Shown in pieces: positions 1 to 13,867 of a stretch of 64,000 nt of DNA. The DNA is taken from the NCBI GenBank assembly GCA_951406725.2, contig OX597826.1, positions 38,192,001-38,256,000 of the forward strand, read 5' to 3'. Within the stretch, counting starts at the first letter, position 1, and each line of letters opens with the position of its first letter. This DNA is from Octopus vulgaris. Its lineage: Eukaryota. Made by a program: the position numbers and the translations under genes. Under the pieces are notes generated by a model. The model had not been told where the DNA came from. It searched no databases and worked only from the letters and a program-made list of their open reading frames with translations.

Positions 1-534
1 ACTTATTGATCAGACCTCGTATGTGACACAAGTCTGTATGATTTGACACCCAGCCACAAACACACACGCACGCGCGCTTGCTCTAATATCTTTTATCTTT
101 TGTTTCAGTGCTTGGACTACGACCATGCTGGAGCATCGCCTTGAAGGTTTTCGTCGAACAAATCGACTCCAAGACTTAATTTTTAAGCCTAGTACTGATT
201 CTATCGTTCTCTTTTGTCGAACTGCTAGTTTACAGGGACTTAAACACACCTTTACCAATTGTCAAACGGTGGTGAGGAGGAGACAAACAAACACACACAC
301 ACTATTAGAGAAAGAATCGTGGACAGAAGAGGAGAAGGGGAGGAGGAGGAGGGAGGAGGAGGAGGAGGAGGAGGAGCAGCAGCAGCAGCAGCAGCAGCAG
401 GAGGAGCAGGAGGCAATGAAAGAATATTGAATATTTTTCATTTGAAACTTAATATTCTTTTTTGTAAAAGCAGCAAGAAATTTGATTAAAAAGCTTAATT
501 ATGAGTGTACGATATTGCATGCATCTTATCTTAC

Positions 535-586
535 CTGTTATTAACCATATTATCAAACGTATACTTCCAAAATTACCATCTCTTAT
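535..586 (-). CDS. Possible small downstream exon ([17 protein letters not shown]-)
   Basis: Strong CAG|GTAAGA donor at 534-533, weaker AACAG acceptor at 587-588. Only phase 0 is open, compatible with the TM exon. Confidence 0.25.
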
Positions 587-599
587 CTGTTACACAGGT

Positions 600-652
600 A
601 GATAGACAGACAGACAGATAGATAGATAGAAAGGTAGGTAGACAGATAAATG

Positions 653-741
<89 letters not shown>

Positions 742-763
742 GCAGACAGACTGACAGACAGAC

Positions 764-841
<78 letters not shown>

Positions 842-867
842 GCAGACAGACAGACTGACAGACAGAC

Positions 868-926
<59 letters not shown>

Positions 927-992
927 CAGGCATACAGACAAACAGACAGACAGACAGACAGATAGATAGAGAGAGAGATACATATGCATACA

Positions 993-1023
<31 letters not shown>
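600..1023. repeat. (GATA/GACA)n and (GT)n microsatellites
   Basis: Direct inspection. Confidence 0.98.
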
Positions 1024-1351
1024 CAATATTCTTGAGTACTCGAATATGTACGTGTGAAGGTACTTAACTTCCGGTACAAAACGGAAGTAACATTCAATGC
1101 ATACATATACTACAACATATACTACCTTTTATGTTAATAAAATATACCACAATACGATAATTAAATCAGTTTAATTAGCCCCAATAGACAGAGGACCCTT
1201 GTTGGCTCAGACAGTATAATTTACGCCACACGTGAAAGTAATCACCGAATTACTCTAGAAAACCTTTAAGATACGGTGTTTATTTCTATAAAATATACTG
1301 TAAAACAGTAATTAGTTCTGTTCAATTAATCTTAGCAGTTAATCATTTTTG

Positions 1352-1795
1352 CATGCATGCATACATACATACGTACATACATACAAACATATGTACGTTC
1401 GTACATATACACACATACATAAATACATACATACAAGCATGCATACATGCATACATACATACATACACACATATTCACATACACATACATAAACATAGAT
1501 ATACACAAACACACACACATACATAAATACATATATACATTCATACATACACTCGCACATACACGCATGCATGCATTCATACATACACACGCACATACAC
1601 GCATACATACATACACGCATACATACATACATATATACATAAATACATACATACATACATACATACATGCATACATACATACATGCATACATACATACAT
1701 ACACGCATACATACATGCATGCATACATAAATACATACATACATACATACATACATACATACATACATACATACATACATACATACATACATACA
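1352..1795. repeat. Degenerate (TACA)n microsatellite
   Basis: Direct inspection. Confidence 0.97.
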
Positions 1796-1811
1796 ACAAA
1801 AATTTGTCGAC

Positions 1812-1924
1812 CTGTTTTGCTGCTTTCCGTCTTCGAAGACACCGCACCAAAATGGCGACCACAATAAACGCCACAACAGCCAAACACACCGGAAGTACAA
1901 TAAACAGAATCAGTTTCCAGTTAT
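1812..1924 (-). CDS. Internal coding exon encoding a transmembrane helix and basic stop-transfer segment: (D)NWKLILFIVLPVCLAVVAFIVVAILVRCLRRRKAAKQ
   Basis: Pyrimidine-rich acceptor TTTCTGTTATGTTTCAG before 1924, CAG|GTC donor after 1812, open frame with a ~23-aa hydrophobic run followed by RCLRRRK. Non-repetitive island within microsatellites. Phase 1 start, phase 0 end. Confidence 0.65.
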
Positions 1925-2404
1925 CTGAAACATAACAGAAACATTTGATTAGCATTTAATATTCTTTATAACAATAAAGATTTGTATCTAAATCACTTCA
2001 ACATTACCAGATCCCTTCAAGATAAAAAGATACGTAGTTGAGAGTGTGAATTACTGCAAACTGTTTGGTTTATGCTACTGTTTGGTTTATAAACATAATA
2101 TTTATATTCTCTATTGAAATGCGCTGAATAAGATAATCTATGGAAAGTCTAGAATCTATCGTCAATATCTTAAGTTTTTTGCACGTTTTTAAGGAATAGA
2201 GACTGAAGTGTCTCGTGCACTGAATACCGTAATTTCTTTGAGTGTGAACGCTTTGAGTATAGTAGGTTAGGATTCTGCTTAAATACAATAAATCTAAAGA
2301 TGGCAACTCTGCTGAAGGATCTGAGTTTGAAGTATCAAGGGACCTTGTTTTTCACTTCTTACTGAAACCAAATGTATTGATAATATGTGCACACAGACAC
2401 ACAG

Positions 2405-2468
<64 letters not shown>

Positions 2469-3325
2469 ACACATGTACAAATATACATACATACATGTAT
2501 ATCGAAAACATTTGCTTTATTGAACTCATATGTACAAAGACAAAGAATACTGATGGAGTATTACCATGAGGTGCAAAGATGCCGCGCCTGATTTAGTTCA
2601 TTGAGACAGAAAAAAAAATTACAATGAACTTTTGTGGAAGGGTATAAGCCCCGTGAATCACCCGGAGGTGAATATTCCGATCAAAATTAGGGAGACAAAA
2701 CATTTCCGAATCACTCTGAGGAAACCTACGGTTTCTCTACCCAGATCAGAAAATCGCATTTATGGCTATAATTATAAGGGAACAACATTAATAGATATAG
2801 AAGGGTTAAACTCGAAAAACTGGGAGTTTCAGGCGAAGAAAGTGACCAACTGTCACACAATTTACAGATAGAATTTGTAAGAGGAACAGTAAAATATGCA
2901 AGACTTTTCTAAAGTTCGACATCGAACATTTATATTATTGTTCTTCAAATTGTTATGATGAATTTTTTGGCACTTCCTTCTTACAAGAACCCAAATAATT
3001 AAAACAAAAGCAAAAAACATAGCAGACGCATACATACGTACATATACACATATATACACTCATACATACTGATAAATAGTCTCTTGGATTTTAATAATTG
3101 CAAAGGGCGACGTTGTCTAACTTCTGAACAGGCTCCCTCTGGAGGCTTCTAACATAACAAGGATCAACGGCCAGCTGGACCTAGCATCGACTTATCGGCC
3201 AACTGGTCGTCAGTTCGTGACCGGTTATAAGTAGTAGAATCAGTTACAGTATAAGAGTCTATAATTCTGTTATGGACATTCCCCTCTCTCACTCTCTGTC
3301 TCTCTCTCCCTTACTCTCTTTCCCT

Positions 3326-3393
<68 letters not shown>

Positions 3394-3562
3394 TACGAAT
3401 TACAATGGATTGAAACCGTAATGCTCCAATTTTTCGTCAGTGTATATTTTGGGTTTTATTGAAATATTAAATTTCGTTTTTGGATTTGGTTTGCAAGATT
3501 CTTTATATGAGTTCGTGTGTTGAAGCATATTCTGTTGTGTCTGGGGAGAGTCATTCTCTTTT

Positions 3563-3817
3563 AGTGCCTTATTATTTAACACACTCACCGGTAAAATTTC
3601 CACTTATTTCTTATTTTTATTTTCTAAAATTTTCGTTGCGTCTTGCAACCTTTTCAACCTTTTCATTAGTCAAAACTATTAAAAGGTTGCAACCTTTTTA
3701 ATAGTTTTGACTAATGAAAAGGTTGAAAAGGTTGCAAGACGCAACGAAAATTTTAGAAAATAAAAATAAGAAATAAGTGGAAATTTTACCGGTGAGTGTG
3801 TTAAATAATAAGGCACT
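3563..3817. repeat. About 255-bp spacerless palindrome (probable inverted PLE pseudo-LTR pair) carrying HHR-like motifs on both strands
   Basis: Arms are exact reverse complements around the AAAAGGTTG|CAACCTTTT centre, apart from one extra T. TTGAAAA G GTTGC-aagac-GCAAC GAAA AT TT tag at 3723-3756. Confidence 0.9.
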
Positions 3818-4009
3818 GAAGTATTAAAATTATCTTCAAATTCAGAGCCAAATATTTAAGAAGTTCTCTTTGTAAGCATGAAAGCCTGAGTTTGTTCTTG
3901 TGCGGTTTCGTGAGTTTTTGTATGTTTTTAGGTATATTTCTGTGGAGTTTTTGTTTTTCTTTGTTCTTTTGAGTAAGTTTCTAATTGTATTTCTATGCGG
4001 CTCCATATC

Positions 4010-4074
<65 letters not shown>

Positions 4075-4195
4075 CGCGTGCGTGTATGTGTGTGTGTGTG
4101 TGTGCGTGTGTGTGAGTGTGTGTGTCCCTGTGTCTGTGTGTATATATATGCACTGGTATGCTAGCGTAACACCGTAACTGGATGCGTTGGCAGAA

Positions 4196-4408
4196 AGGCG
4201 GCGAACTGACAGAACCGTTAGCACACCGGGCGAAATGCTTAGCGGTATTTCGTCTGCCGTTACGTTCCGAGTTCAAATTCCGCCGAGGTCGACTTTGCCT
4301 TTCATCCTTTCGGGGTCGATAAATTAAGTACCAGTTACGCACTGGAGTCAATGTCTGTCCTTGTTTGTCCTCTGTCTTTAGCCCCTTGTGGGTAGTAAAG
4401 AAATAGGT
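4196..4408 (+). mobile_element. tRNA-derived SINE family B
   Basis: GGCGGCGAACTGACAGAACCGTTAG head, GAGTTCAAATTCC B box, central GGTCGACTTTGCCTTTCATCCTTTCGGGGTCGATAAA (resembles the Meta/Sauria-type SINE central domain). Many decayed copies (5570-5950, 15770-16070, 19440-19570, 21160-21260, 22850-23000, 23860-24025, 45080-45245, 45795-45990, 62845-63010). Confidence 0.85.
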
Positions 4409-4821
4409 ATATGGATGTATACACATGTCACTGGGTAACAGTATTGTCATTTGTACAGCGAGGGAGGTGAGTCCTTGCAGGTGTGTGTATGTGTGTGTGT
4501 GATTGTATGGTTGTGTAGTTGTGGAGATGTTTGGATGCGCAACAGTGTGGGCTGTAGATGTATGTAGTTCAGTAACTGTACAGACGTATAAGTGTAGCTA
4601 TGTGACTGTGTGACAATGTACACGTGTAGCTAGAGAAACGTATGTTTGGGTCTTGGTATGGTTGCGTGGCTGTATGCTTGGGTGTTTGTGAATGCTGAGA
4701 TGTGTTGTAACACTGTGTCAGTACAAACAAACCTTCAATGAATGCTAACCTACATAATAAAGTCATTGCCGCAATACAATATAATAGATGCCATAAATAA
4801 TATCAGGATATTTAATAATTA

Positions 4822-4924
<103 letters not shown>

Positions 4925-4983
4925 AATATATTAGTGCATATATAGATGCATATACATGCACATACATATATCATATATATATG

Positions 4984-5015
<32 letters not shown>

Positions 5016-5098
5016 TGGAGAGAGAGAGAAAGAGACGCACATGCATACGTACATTCATACACATACACATGTACGTGTGTATGTGTGGTGTGCATGTG

Positions 5099-5169
<71 letters not shown>

Positions 5170-5387
5170 TCATGAATATGAGCATAAGAAAGAGACTTAA
5201 GTTAACAGAGAGAGGGTGAAAAAGAGAATTATGAGAAGAAAGAGAGAGAAAAAAAAGATTTTTTTTTTCCTTTACAAAATTTTCACAAAAATGAAACACA
5301 TCCTGCTAAACATATTCTCTATTCAACAAGAAATAATTAAAACCATATAACATCCGAAACAACAACAATAACAACAGCAACAACGTC

Positions 5388-5419
<32 letters not shown>

Positions 5420-6229
5420 CAATAATAATAAATGATGATGATGATGAGGAGGAGGAGGAGGATAACAATAATAATAATAATTATTATTTTTTTAAGTTTC
5501 ATTATTATTATTATTATTAATATTATTATTATTATTATCATTATTATTATCATTTCTATCTTTGGCACAAGGTCACGAATTTAATAATGATGAAGATTTT
5601 TTTTACCCTGGCCTAAAGCCAAACGTATTTTGAGAAAAGTAAGGAAAGTCACGGTTGATTAAACGGACTGAAGTGTTTCACTGGTACTTTAATATATCGG
5701 TCACATGGCAGAATGAATGGTAAGATCAACTATGGCAGGATTTGAACCCAAAATTTAATTGATTACACCACTTTATCGCCTCCAATAATAGCAACAACAA
5801 TTGGCAAAAGACCCATAGATCTGAGAGGAGGGGGCATTAGTCGATTCATTTACCCCAGTGGTTGACTGGTATTATATTTGAAAAGCTAAGTTGACTTTGG
5901 TGGGATTTGAACTCCGATCGTAAAGAATGGTTCCAAATACCACAACACAATAGAAGTGGAGTGGGTTGAGTAAAATCCGACATTTGTTAGTCATCACTCA
6001 AGGATAAAAGTGATCTTCTGTTGCTGCTTGGGTATAAAATACATGCGAGAAATTATTTCATGAAATTGCATCAGAATTTATTGAGAATTTATTGAAAATT
6101 GTAGTAATTCCATTCATTTGTTTCCGGTCCACTGCTGAATGAAAGCCTCAACATGCAGTTTCCGTTTTATCTGTATTGGTTGTAGCCCTAGCTGGTCATC
6201 CTGGTCAATAATGAGTTGGGTTGGGTGCT

Positions 6230-6670
6230 CCTGTGGTCGAGTGATTAGCACTGATCATCGGTGCCAAGACGGAATTTAAACACAGAACGCAAAAAGCCAG
6301 AACAGATGGGAGAGGAAGAACTCCTTTCTCGTTAATCAACAAACGACCTGTTGCTCTCGTTCCCTCCACACTTCCTGTCCGAAAGGTCTGGGTCAGTGGC
6401 TCAAGGTACATTATATACCCAAAACATGATAGCTTTGTGGGCTTGATTCTCGATAAATGGTATCCTGGGACTCTTGGTGTAGCAGCGTTTGTTCTCGTCT
6501 TTCCAGATTATTCCCGGAGAGGACAATTGGCTGAATGAACCCGTTTGCTGGCTTCAGTTTTACGTGTAGAGTTACGTCTTCTGGAGAGAAAATCTTTTCC
6601 ATTCTTATAAATATTGTTTTAGCTGTAAACTTTGAGTAACTTCTACACAGAGACCTTCCTGTTTTAATGA
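6230..6670 (-). pseudogene. Decayed RTE-clade LINE ORF C-terminal fragment
   Basis: Frameshifted translation KTIFIRMEKIFS..VKLKPANGFIQPIVLSG..IIWKD..RIKPTKLSCFGYIM..TGSVEGTRATGR resembles the RTE post-RT motifs (PIxLYG, ISWKD, RKLxYFGHIMR, GKVEGKRxRGRP). Confidence 0.75.
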
Positions 6671-6834
6671 ACAACAACGTTGACCTCGGTGGGACCTGAA
6701 CTCGAAACGCAGAAAGTCGGAACGTACAACACAAGGAATTGCGCCCGACAGTCTAACAGTTCTACCAATTCCCCGTCTGAGATTGGTTAAACTAGGAACT
6801 ACTAAAATATGGAAACATTGTGTGGAGAAATAAC

Positions 6835-7038
6835 GATTTCAAAATATCGCATAAAGGCAGCAATTTCGTGGGAGTGAATAAGTCCATTACATCCCCCCCC
6901 CCAGTTTTTAACTGGTACGTGTTTTATCGACCCGGAGAGGATGATAGATAACGTCAACCTTTGTGGAATTTGAACTCAGAATGTTAGGACGAAGTATTTT
7001 GCCCCGCGTGCCAACGGTTCTGCCAGCTCGCCGCCTTC
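6835..7038 (-). mobile_element. SINE family B copy
   Basis: Reverse-complement similarity to 4196-4408. Confidence 0.8.
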
Positions 7039-7620
7039 GTGTGAGGTAATATTAAACAGAAAAAAAGTGGAAGCATATGGGATAATATGGATGGAGAATT
7101 GTGCAAGGATGTGGAATACCATGTATGGATGACCAACACTGTTAGAATATCAAATATAATTTAAGAAAATAATTCTCGTTTAACTATTAATGTTGTTACT
7201 TGCCACGCTGAGAAAAGCTTTCTGTAAAAGCAGCAAAAAAAAAATGAGACAGAATGAACTGCAAACTTTGAAAATTTTTGTTAAATGAAGAGAAGACATT
7301 TGACAAGAATATATTGGAGTTTTGAATAGATGAAGGTGAGAAATGGCTTCGAGAGAAAGAGGGAGACAAGAGGGGGAGGAAGAGAGTGAGGGGAAAAGGG
7401 AGGGAGAGGGGCAAATTAAGGAAACATGAGTAATTGATTAACTATGTAAGCAGAGCCAAACCTAATGAATAAATAAATAAATTTGCTGATAATAATTAGT
7501 TAAGTGAAATAGCAAGCATTCAACTGCAGAGACAAGTAATGAAAAGTGTTTTAACATATGACCGTTTGGATTGGTTAAGCTGATTTCACAACGGATAAGC
7601 TACGCTGATGATGATGATGG

Positions 7621-7670
<50 letters not shown>

Positions 7671-8013
7671 GCGGGGATTGCGGTGGAGGTGGGTGAGGAG
7701 AATGATGTTGATGATGACGACGACAGCGATGAAGATCATGATCGTAATAATGACGGTTGCTGTATTGAGGGGTGATGATGAGGAGGAGGAAGAGGAGGAT
7801 GGCGATGATGGCGTGGTTGGAGTGTCTATAAATATAAACTCGGGGATTTTCTATAGAGGTACTATGTATCTGTTTCGCGGTTTAGGGTTAGGTCCAGGAA
7901 GTCAACCTTTGTATGATGACGATTACAATGATGGTGAATGGGGGAGATGATGATGATGATGATGATGATGAGGAGGAGGAGGAGGAGGAGGAGGAGGAGG
8001 GACTATATAATAC

Positions 8014-8080
8014 CTAACGAGTAGTCTTTACGTTGAAATGAAATGTCGACATTCGTGAGATATTCTTGTCCCAGTACCAT
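8014..8080 (-). CDS. Putative first coding segment MVLGQEYLTNVDISFQRKDYSL, at the 3' end of a long, mostly 5'-UTR exon
   Basis: ATG at 8080-8078, 22 codons plus 1 nt, then AG|GTATTA donor. Phase 1 matches the 1812-1924 exon (G+AT = Asp). Confidence 0.45.
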
Positions 8081-8921
8081 AAGAATTATACAACTACTTT
8101 TTATTATTTTTTTCTTATTATATTCCTTACCAAAATTTATGTTTTGGTGTGGATACTGAAAGATCTTTTGGAACGTCTCAGATTGGTAACATCGATTCAC
8201 CCAGTGTCCAACGTTAGATTTCTTTTGTCTTTGACAGTATGGATAAGTTCACCTGACGCAGAATCAAGACGGATCTGATGTTTTGATGTTAGCCCCCTTT
8301 TTCTGGGACAATATGTCTCTTTGAAATGACGATTTTGTTTTCTCTCTCGAACCAAGGGTAAGATTATTCTTCTCCCGACGCAAAATTTTTCTCCCTCAGA
8401 CCAAAAGACAATCTTGAAGTGTTAAATTCTTCTCCAAACTCACAATCGTCCTTCCATTATGTTTGTCAACATAAACCGTTCTTTGAAGATTTTAGTTCTG
8501 GTTAAGTTTTTCGTGCGGACTCTACATGGTGAGACAGAAATAGATGAGGCAGACACCCTGGGTGAAAACGACCTAAATTAAGGTCTTTGGTTTTTTTTTT
8601 TTTTTGATTATTTGAGATGATCGAGTAATGTTGTTGTTGCAGCAGAAGAGACAGATGAGGAAAGAAGGCATCGGTGAGAAAATGGAAGAAATGTTTTCGT
8701 GAATGAACGAGGAGTTGTTTTGTTACCAATCGCAGGAATCATCTTTCTTTTAGAAGAACCAAGAATATTTGTGTGGAGCAACTGTGATCTGTACCCTTGT
8801 CTGAGATAGAACATGTGACTAAAAAAGAGTCAGCGACCGTCTTCCGCTGCTTCTGGTTTTGAAAAGCAAAAACCAACTTGTTAATATGCCTTCACCGTAA
8901 TTTGTATAGCTTGGCATTCGT
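8081..8921 (-). other. Putative long 5'-UTR portion of an exon, with upstream ATGs/uORFs
   Basis: Unique, repeat-free 0.85 kb block with a CCTTCAG acceptor at 8922-8923. Upstream ATGs at about 8917 and 8814. Confidence 0.3.
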
Positions 8922-9234
8922 CTGAAGGTTTTAGTTGTTTCATGTTCATTAATGGAAGATATATTGATAAAATACTGTATATTCTGTTGGTATGTCTCGT
9001 GCTTCTTGGTCTCAGATCAGCCCTCAGTGAGCAAGCCTGTGATCAAATGCATTCCAGTTGTGACCGTCCAGTGGAGTTTTTTCAAACAATGCATTATCTA
9101 ATAAAACTTATTATTTTTGTTTCTTTGCTTTTAATCTATAGTGTATAAGAAAGAGATTTGGCTATTATTTTCATAAAATCGCGCTACCAGATAAATGTTC
9201 CCAGTTACAAGGGCAACAATTTGTTCCAATTATT

Positions 9235-9433
9235 CTTTTACTTGTTTCAGTCATTTGACTATGGCCATGCTAGAGCACCGCCTTTAGTCGGGCAAATCTT
9301 ATTCTTTGTGAGCCTATTACTTATTCTATCGGTCTTTTTTGCCGAACCGCTAAGTTACGGGGACATAAACACACCAGCATCAGTTGTCAAGCGATGTTGG
9401 GGGGACAAACAAAGACACACAAACAGACACACA

Positions 9434-9471
<38 letters not shown>

Positions 9472-9474
9472 TTC

Positions 9475-9568
<94 letters not shown>

Positions 9569-9733
9569 GCGACGGGCTTCTTCCAGTTTCCGTCTACCAA
9601 ATCCGCTCACAAGGCTTTGGTCCGCCCGAGGCTATAGTAGAAGATACTTGCCCAAGGTGCCACGCAGTGGGACTGAACCCATGACCATGTGCTTGGTAAG
9701 CAAGCTACTTACCACACAGCCACTCCTGCGCCT
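9235..9733 (-). mobile_element. Full-length composite tRNA-derived SINE (family A: tRNA/CORE-like head, internal (TA)n(TG)n, second conserved module)
   Basis: Head GGCGCAGGAGTGGCTGTGTGGTAAG..GGTTCAGTCCC..CACCTTGGGCAAGT, tail ..CCAGCATGGCCGCAGTCAAATGACTGAAACAAG. More than 12 copies or fragments in the window (e.g. 100-285, 19657-20000, 28790-29285, 34680-34930, 59244-59372, 63815-64000). Confidence 0.85.
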
Positions 9734-10053
9734 TAAGTAGTCTTCTCCATTTAAAGAGGTCAATTTATGTACCCCAATGGCGTCTCTATTCTTGATACTT
9801 CTACCAAAATATTTTTCCCCAATTAGAAAACCAAATTGTTTGAAAACTGGACAAAACGTTCATGTGTTAAATTTATCTGATAGTAATTATTTATTCAAAT
9901 AGATCATTATGTAATTAATTAAGAAATCAAAGATATTAATATCACCTAAACATAGATATCAAACACTGGATGAGATAAACAACCTTCTCACCCAAGTTAA
10001 AATGTTATTTTAAGGACGCTAAACAAATTTACTAAAAACAACAAATAATTTTC

Positions 10054-10386
<333 letters not shown>

Positions 10387-10834
10387 ATCTTTTTCACATT
10401 CTTAATCTCTCTTGCGTTTTCTCTCCTTTTTTTCTTTCTGTTTTTTTTTTCCACCACGCACATGCACACTTACACATAGGCACACACTCATAACACACAC
10501 AGATGCCTTCGCACACGCATGCACACACACCGTCCATTACAACAACAACAGCAACAACAACAACAACAAAAGGCAGCTACAGTGGAACTTGTCATTTGGA
10601 CATTTAAACGAAAAGTTGACCTTTTAGGGCGAAGTTAGCGCCTGAATGACAATGGTATTAAATGGTAATTCGATATGCAATAGAACAAACTGTAATGGAA
10701 AGCTATTCTTTAGAAAAGGTTCTGCTCCAGTTTGAAGGTTTCCATCGTTTGACATTCTTCCTTGTTTTAGCCCAGTTAATGGATGCTTTCACATTAGTTG
10801 TTATATATTTACTTAAAACATACATTACAACGCA

Positions 10835-10972
10835 TAGATACATACATACACACGTACATGTATACATACATATGTGTGTGTATGTGTATGTGTGTGTGTG
10901 TGTGTTATATAAATGTATATGTAGATATTTATACATATATATATATATATACATACATATATACATACATAA

Positions 10973-11011
<39 letters not shown>

Positions 11012-11268
11012 CATATATATATATATACATATATAGATATATACATATATATACATATATATATACATATATATATATCCATATACATACATATATATAT
11101 GCATATATATACATATATATATATCCATATACATATATGCATATATATATGCCCATATATATATGCATATATATATGTATACATATATACATATGTATAT
11201 ACATATACATACACATATATACATGCATATATATATATATATACATACATATATATATACATATATAT

Positions 11269-11322
<54 letters not shown>

Positions 11323-11353
11323 TATATACATATATATACATATATATATATAT

Positions 11354-11438
<85 letters not shown>
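10835..11438. repeat. Long degenerate (TA)n microsatellite
   Basis: Direct inspection. Confidence 0.97.
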
Positions 11439-11439
<1 letters not shown>

Positions 11440-12706
11440 CCAGGAGACAGAGAGTGTGTCAATGTTGTCACTTTTCCTCCTAGAAATAACAATCAATTTC
11501 CTCCATATCGTATCATACTCCCTTTAAAGAGGAAGGATATATTTTGGGAGGAGGAGGAGAGGAGGGGAGGTCTAATGATATCGGAACATATTTGTTGGTG
11601 TTGAAGACCAAAACTATTCCCATAATGCATTGTTATTATTTTCCAAACTCTTCGATTAATTGAATTTCTTGGAGTTATTGCCCTTGCTTGATTCTTAAAC
11701 ACACACGCCATCCACACTGAAAGGAAGGGGTATTTGTTTGCTCATAACTTGGATAGTCTCAAATAATTGAAGATTCTCAACTCATTATATTATTATTACA
11801 TATCCAATGCCTGCCATATTTTTGTTTAAATATACAATAACACTTGCCTACATATTAGCAATAAAAAAACAACAACAATATAGTGTATATCTGAACGATG
11901 CAATAATATTTTCAAATGTTTTCCCTGATATCTTGCAACAATATTCTTGTCGTCTTCAAAACTACGAAAGTCAAAAAATGTCATAAGAAATCTAATATCG
12001 TTCTTGGAACAATTGCAGGGATCGGTTCAGAAATATTCTTCCAGTAACTTTTCAAATAAGTCAAATTTTAAATATGTTGAAAATATTTATGGACTTGATG
12101 CCATCAAATGTGAGATTCTTAGAGAATATAAACAGAAGAACTCCACCAAATTGACTACAAACATCAGAGAATCTATTACACGAGATGAGAATATAAGAGA
12201 ATATAAGACACGTAATTCAACGCTTTAGAAAACGAAGAGATGTGTACGGCATTAGAATAGAACCAAAACTAACTTCAACTTAGATCATACCTCGAAATTC
12301 CATCAACATAAAATTGACCTCATAATTTTAATAATGTATTTAAAATGTGATGCAAAAACATTATAGAGTTGAAGTTATGGTGTCAAAAACAACAAAGGAA
12401 TTTAATAAAATCTTTTAAAACCATTTTGGACAACTAACAACAAAGTTCTTGGTTTCTTTGACGTCTCGTTTGACCGAAATATAAAGTGAATTTTATAACA
12501 GCCTCTGGCAGTTCCACTGTCTCATCCGCGTGATTGTTCGCTTTAAAACTGGAGTACATTGTTTGCAATGGACGGATACGTGGCCTCGCCTTGTTTGTTA
12601 TTTTCAGAACGTTTCGGCTGATGTACTTTCTATTGTAAATAATGTACATAATTCCTCATCTCAAAAATATAGAATATTAAAACTGGAATGTTTTGTGGTT
12701 GCTTCG

Positions 12707-12770
<64 letters not shown>

Positions 12771-13126
12771 CATGCTGTATCAAATCCGAGCGGAGTTCAT
12801 TTGGCGAGATATCTCTTATGCTACCTGACGTCATGTTGCTTCTACACCGAGGGATGCACCACAACTAGTTGTATAGCTTCCCACCAGCGAGGGAGGGATG
12901 CAGGATGTGTCGAAACGATCGTTGTGAGTAATAAAGTTTTGCGTGCATTCCATTTTCCGTCTCTACCTTTTGTTTTATACTCAACGTACACTGAGGATTT
13001 CCTGAGGTAGATCCAACGACAATTCTGTAATTACGGTGATGGCACCAGGTAGCCGTAGACGGTGAACGTGCTTTATCAGTGTTCTACTAGGAACATACGC
13101 AACACTTAAATATTAACTGGTGTGTG

Positions 13127-13228
<102 letters not shown>

Positions 13229-13355
13229 CAAGGAAAACGAAAAGGATGGCAATGACTTCAACCTTTCGTTTAAAAATAAATGTGATACTCTTTTTAGATG
13301 TAGTATGTAATCCTTCAATTAATTTATAGCCATGCATAAAAATTATATATATACA

Positions 13356-13483
<128 letters not shown>

Positions 13484-13520
13484 ATAATTCTCTAAATGAG
13501 ATATAGACAGTAACTGCTCC

Positions 13521-13799
13521 ATAACATAAGGGACTAAAGCCATCTGAATATGGCTAGGGACAGGGCAGGGTGGTGGGGGTGTTACTGTTGCATTTAACCC
13601 CAGGCGAACATCGACGTCGCCAGATAGGCTTGACACCATCACGGTGTCCTTTAACCTTCCCTTTGCAGGTTAAAGGACACCGTGATGGTGTCAAGCCTAT
13701 CTGGCGACGTCGATGTTCGCCTGGGGCTAAATGCAACAGTAACGCCCCCACCACCCTGCCCTGTCCCTAGCCATATTCAGATGGCTTTAATCCCTTATG

Positions 13800-13803
<4 letters not shown>
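13521..13803. repeat. About 280-bp near-perfect hairpin (about 137-bp arms, 9-nt loop) embedded in (TA)n
   Basis: Arms are reverse complements with three transition mismatches. Mirrored ORFs 13554-13754(-) and 13570-13770(+) in the track. Confidence 0.95.

Positions 13804-13867
<64 letters not shown>

Noticed and set aside
11947-12228. 93-aa non-repetitive ORF
   Set aside because: Non-ATG start, AT-rich composition, no recognisable domain or splice support.
12843-12935. Hammerhead candidate (CCGAGG..GAAA-CGATCG-TT-gtg, then AATAAA)
   Set aside because: The 5' core is incomplete and stem I ambiguous. Probably a decayed pseudo-LTR but not supportable.
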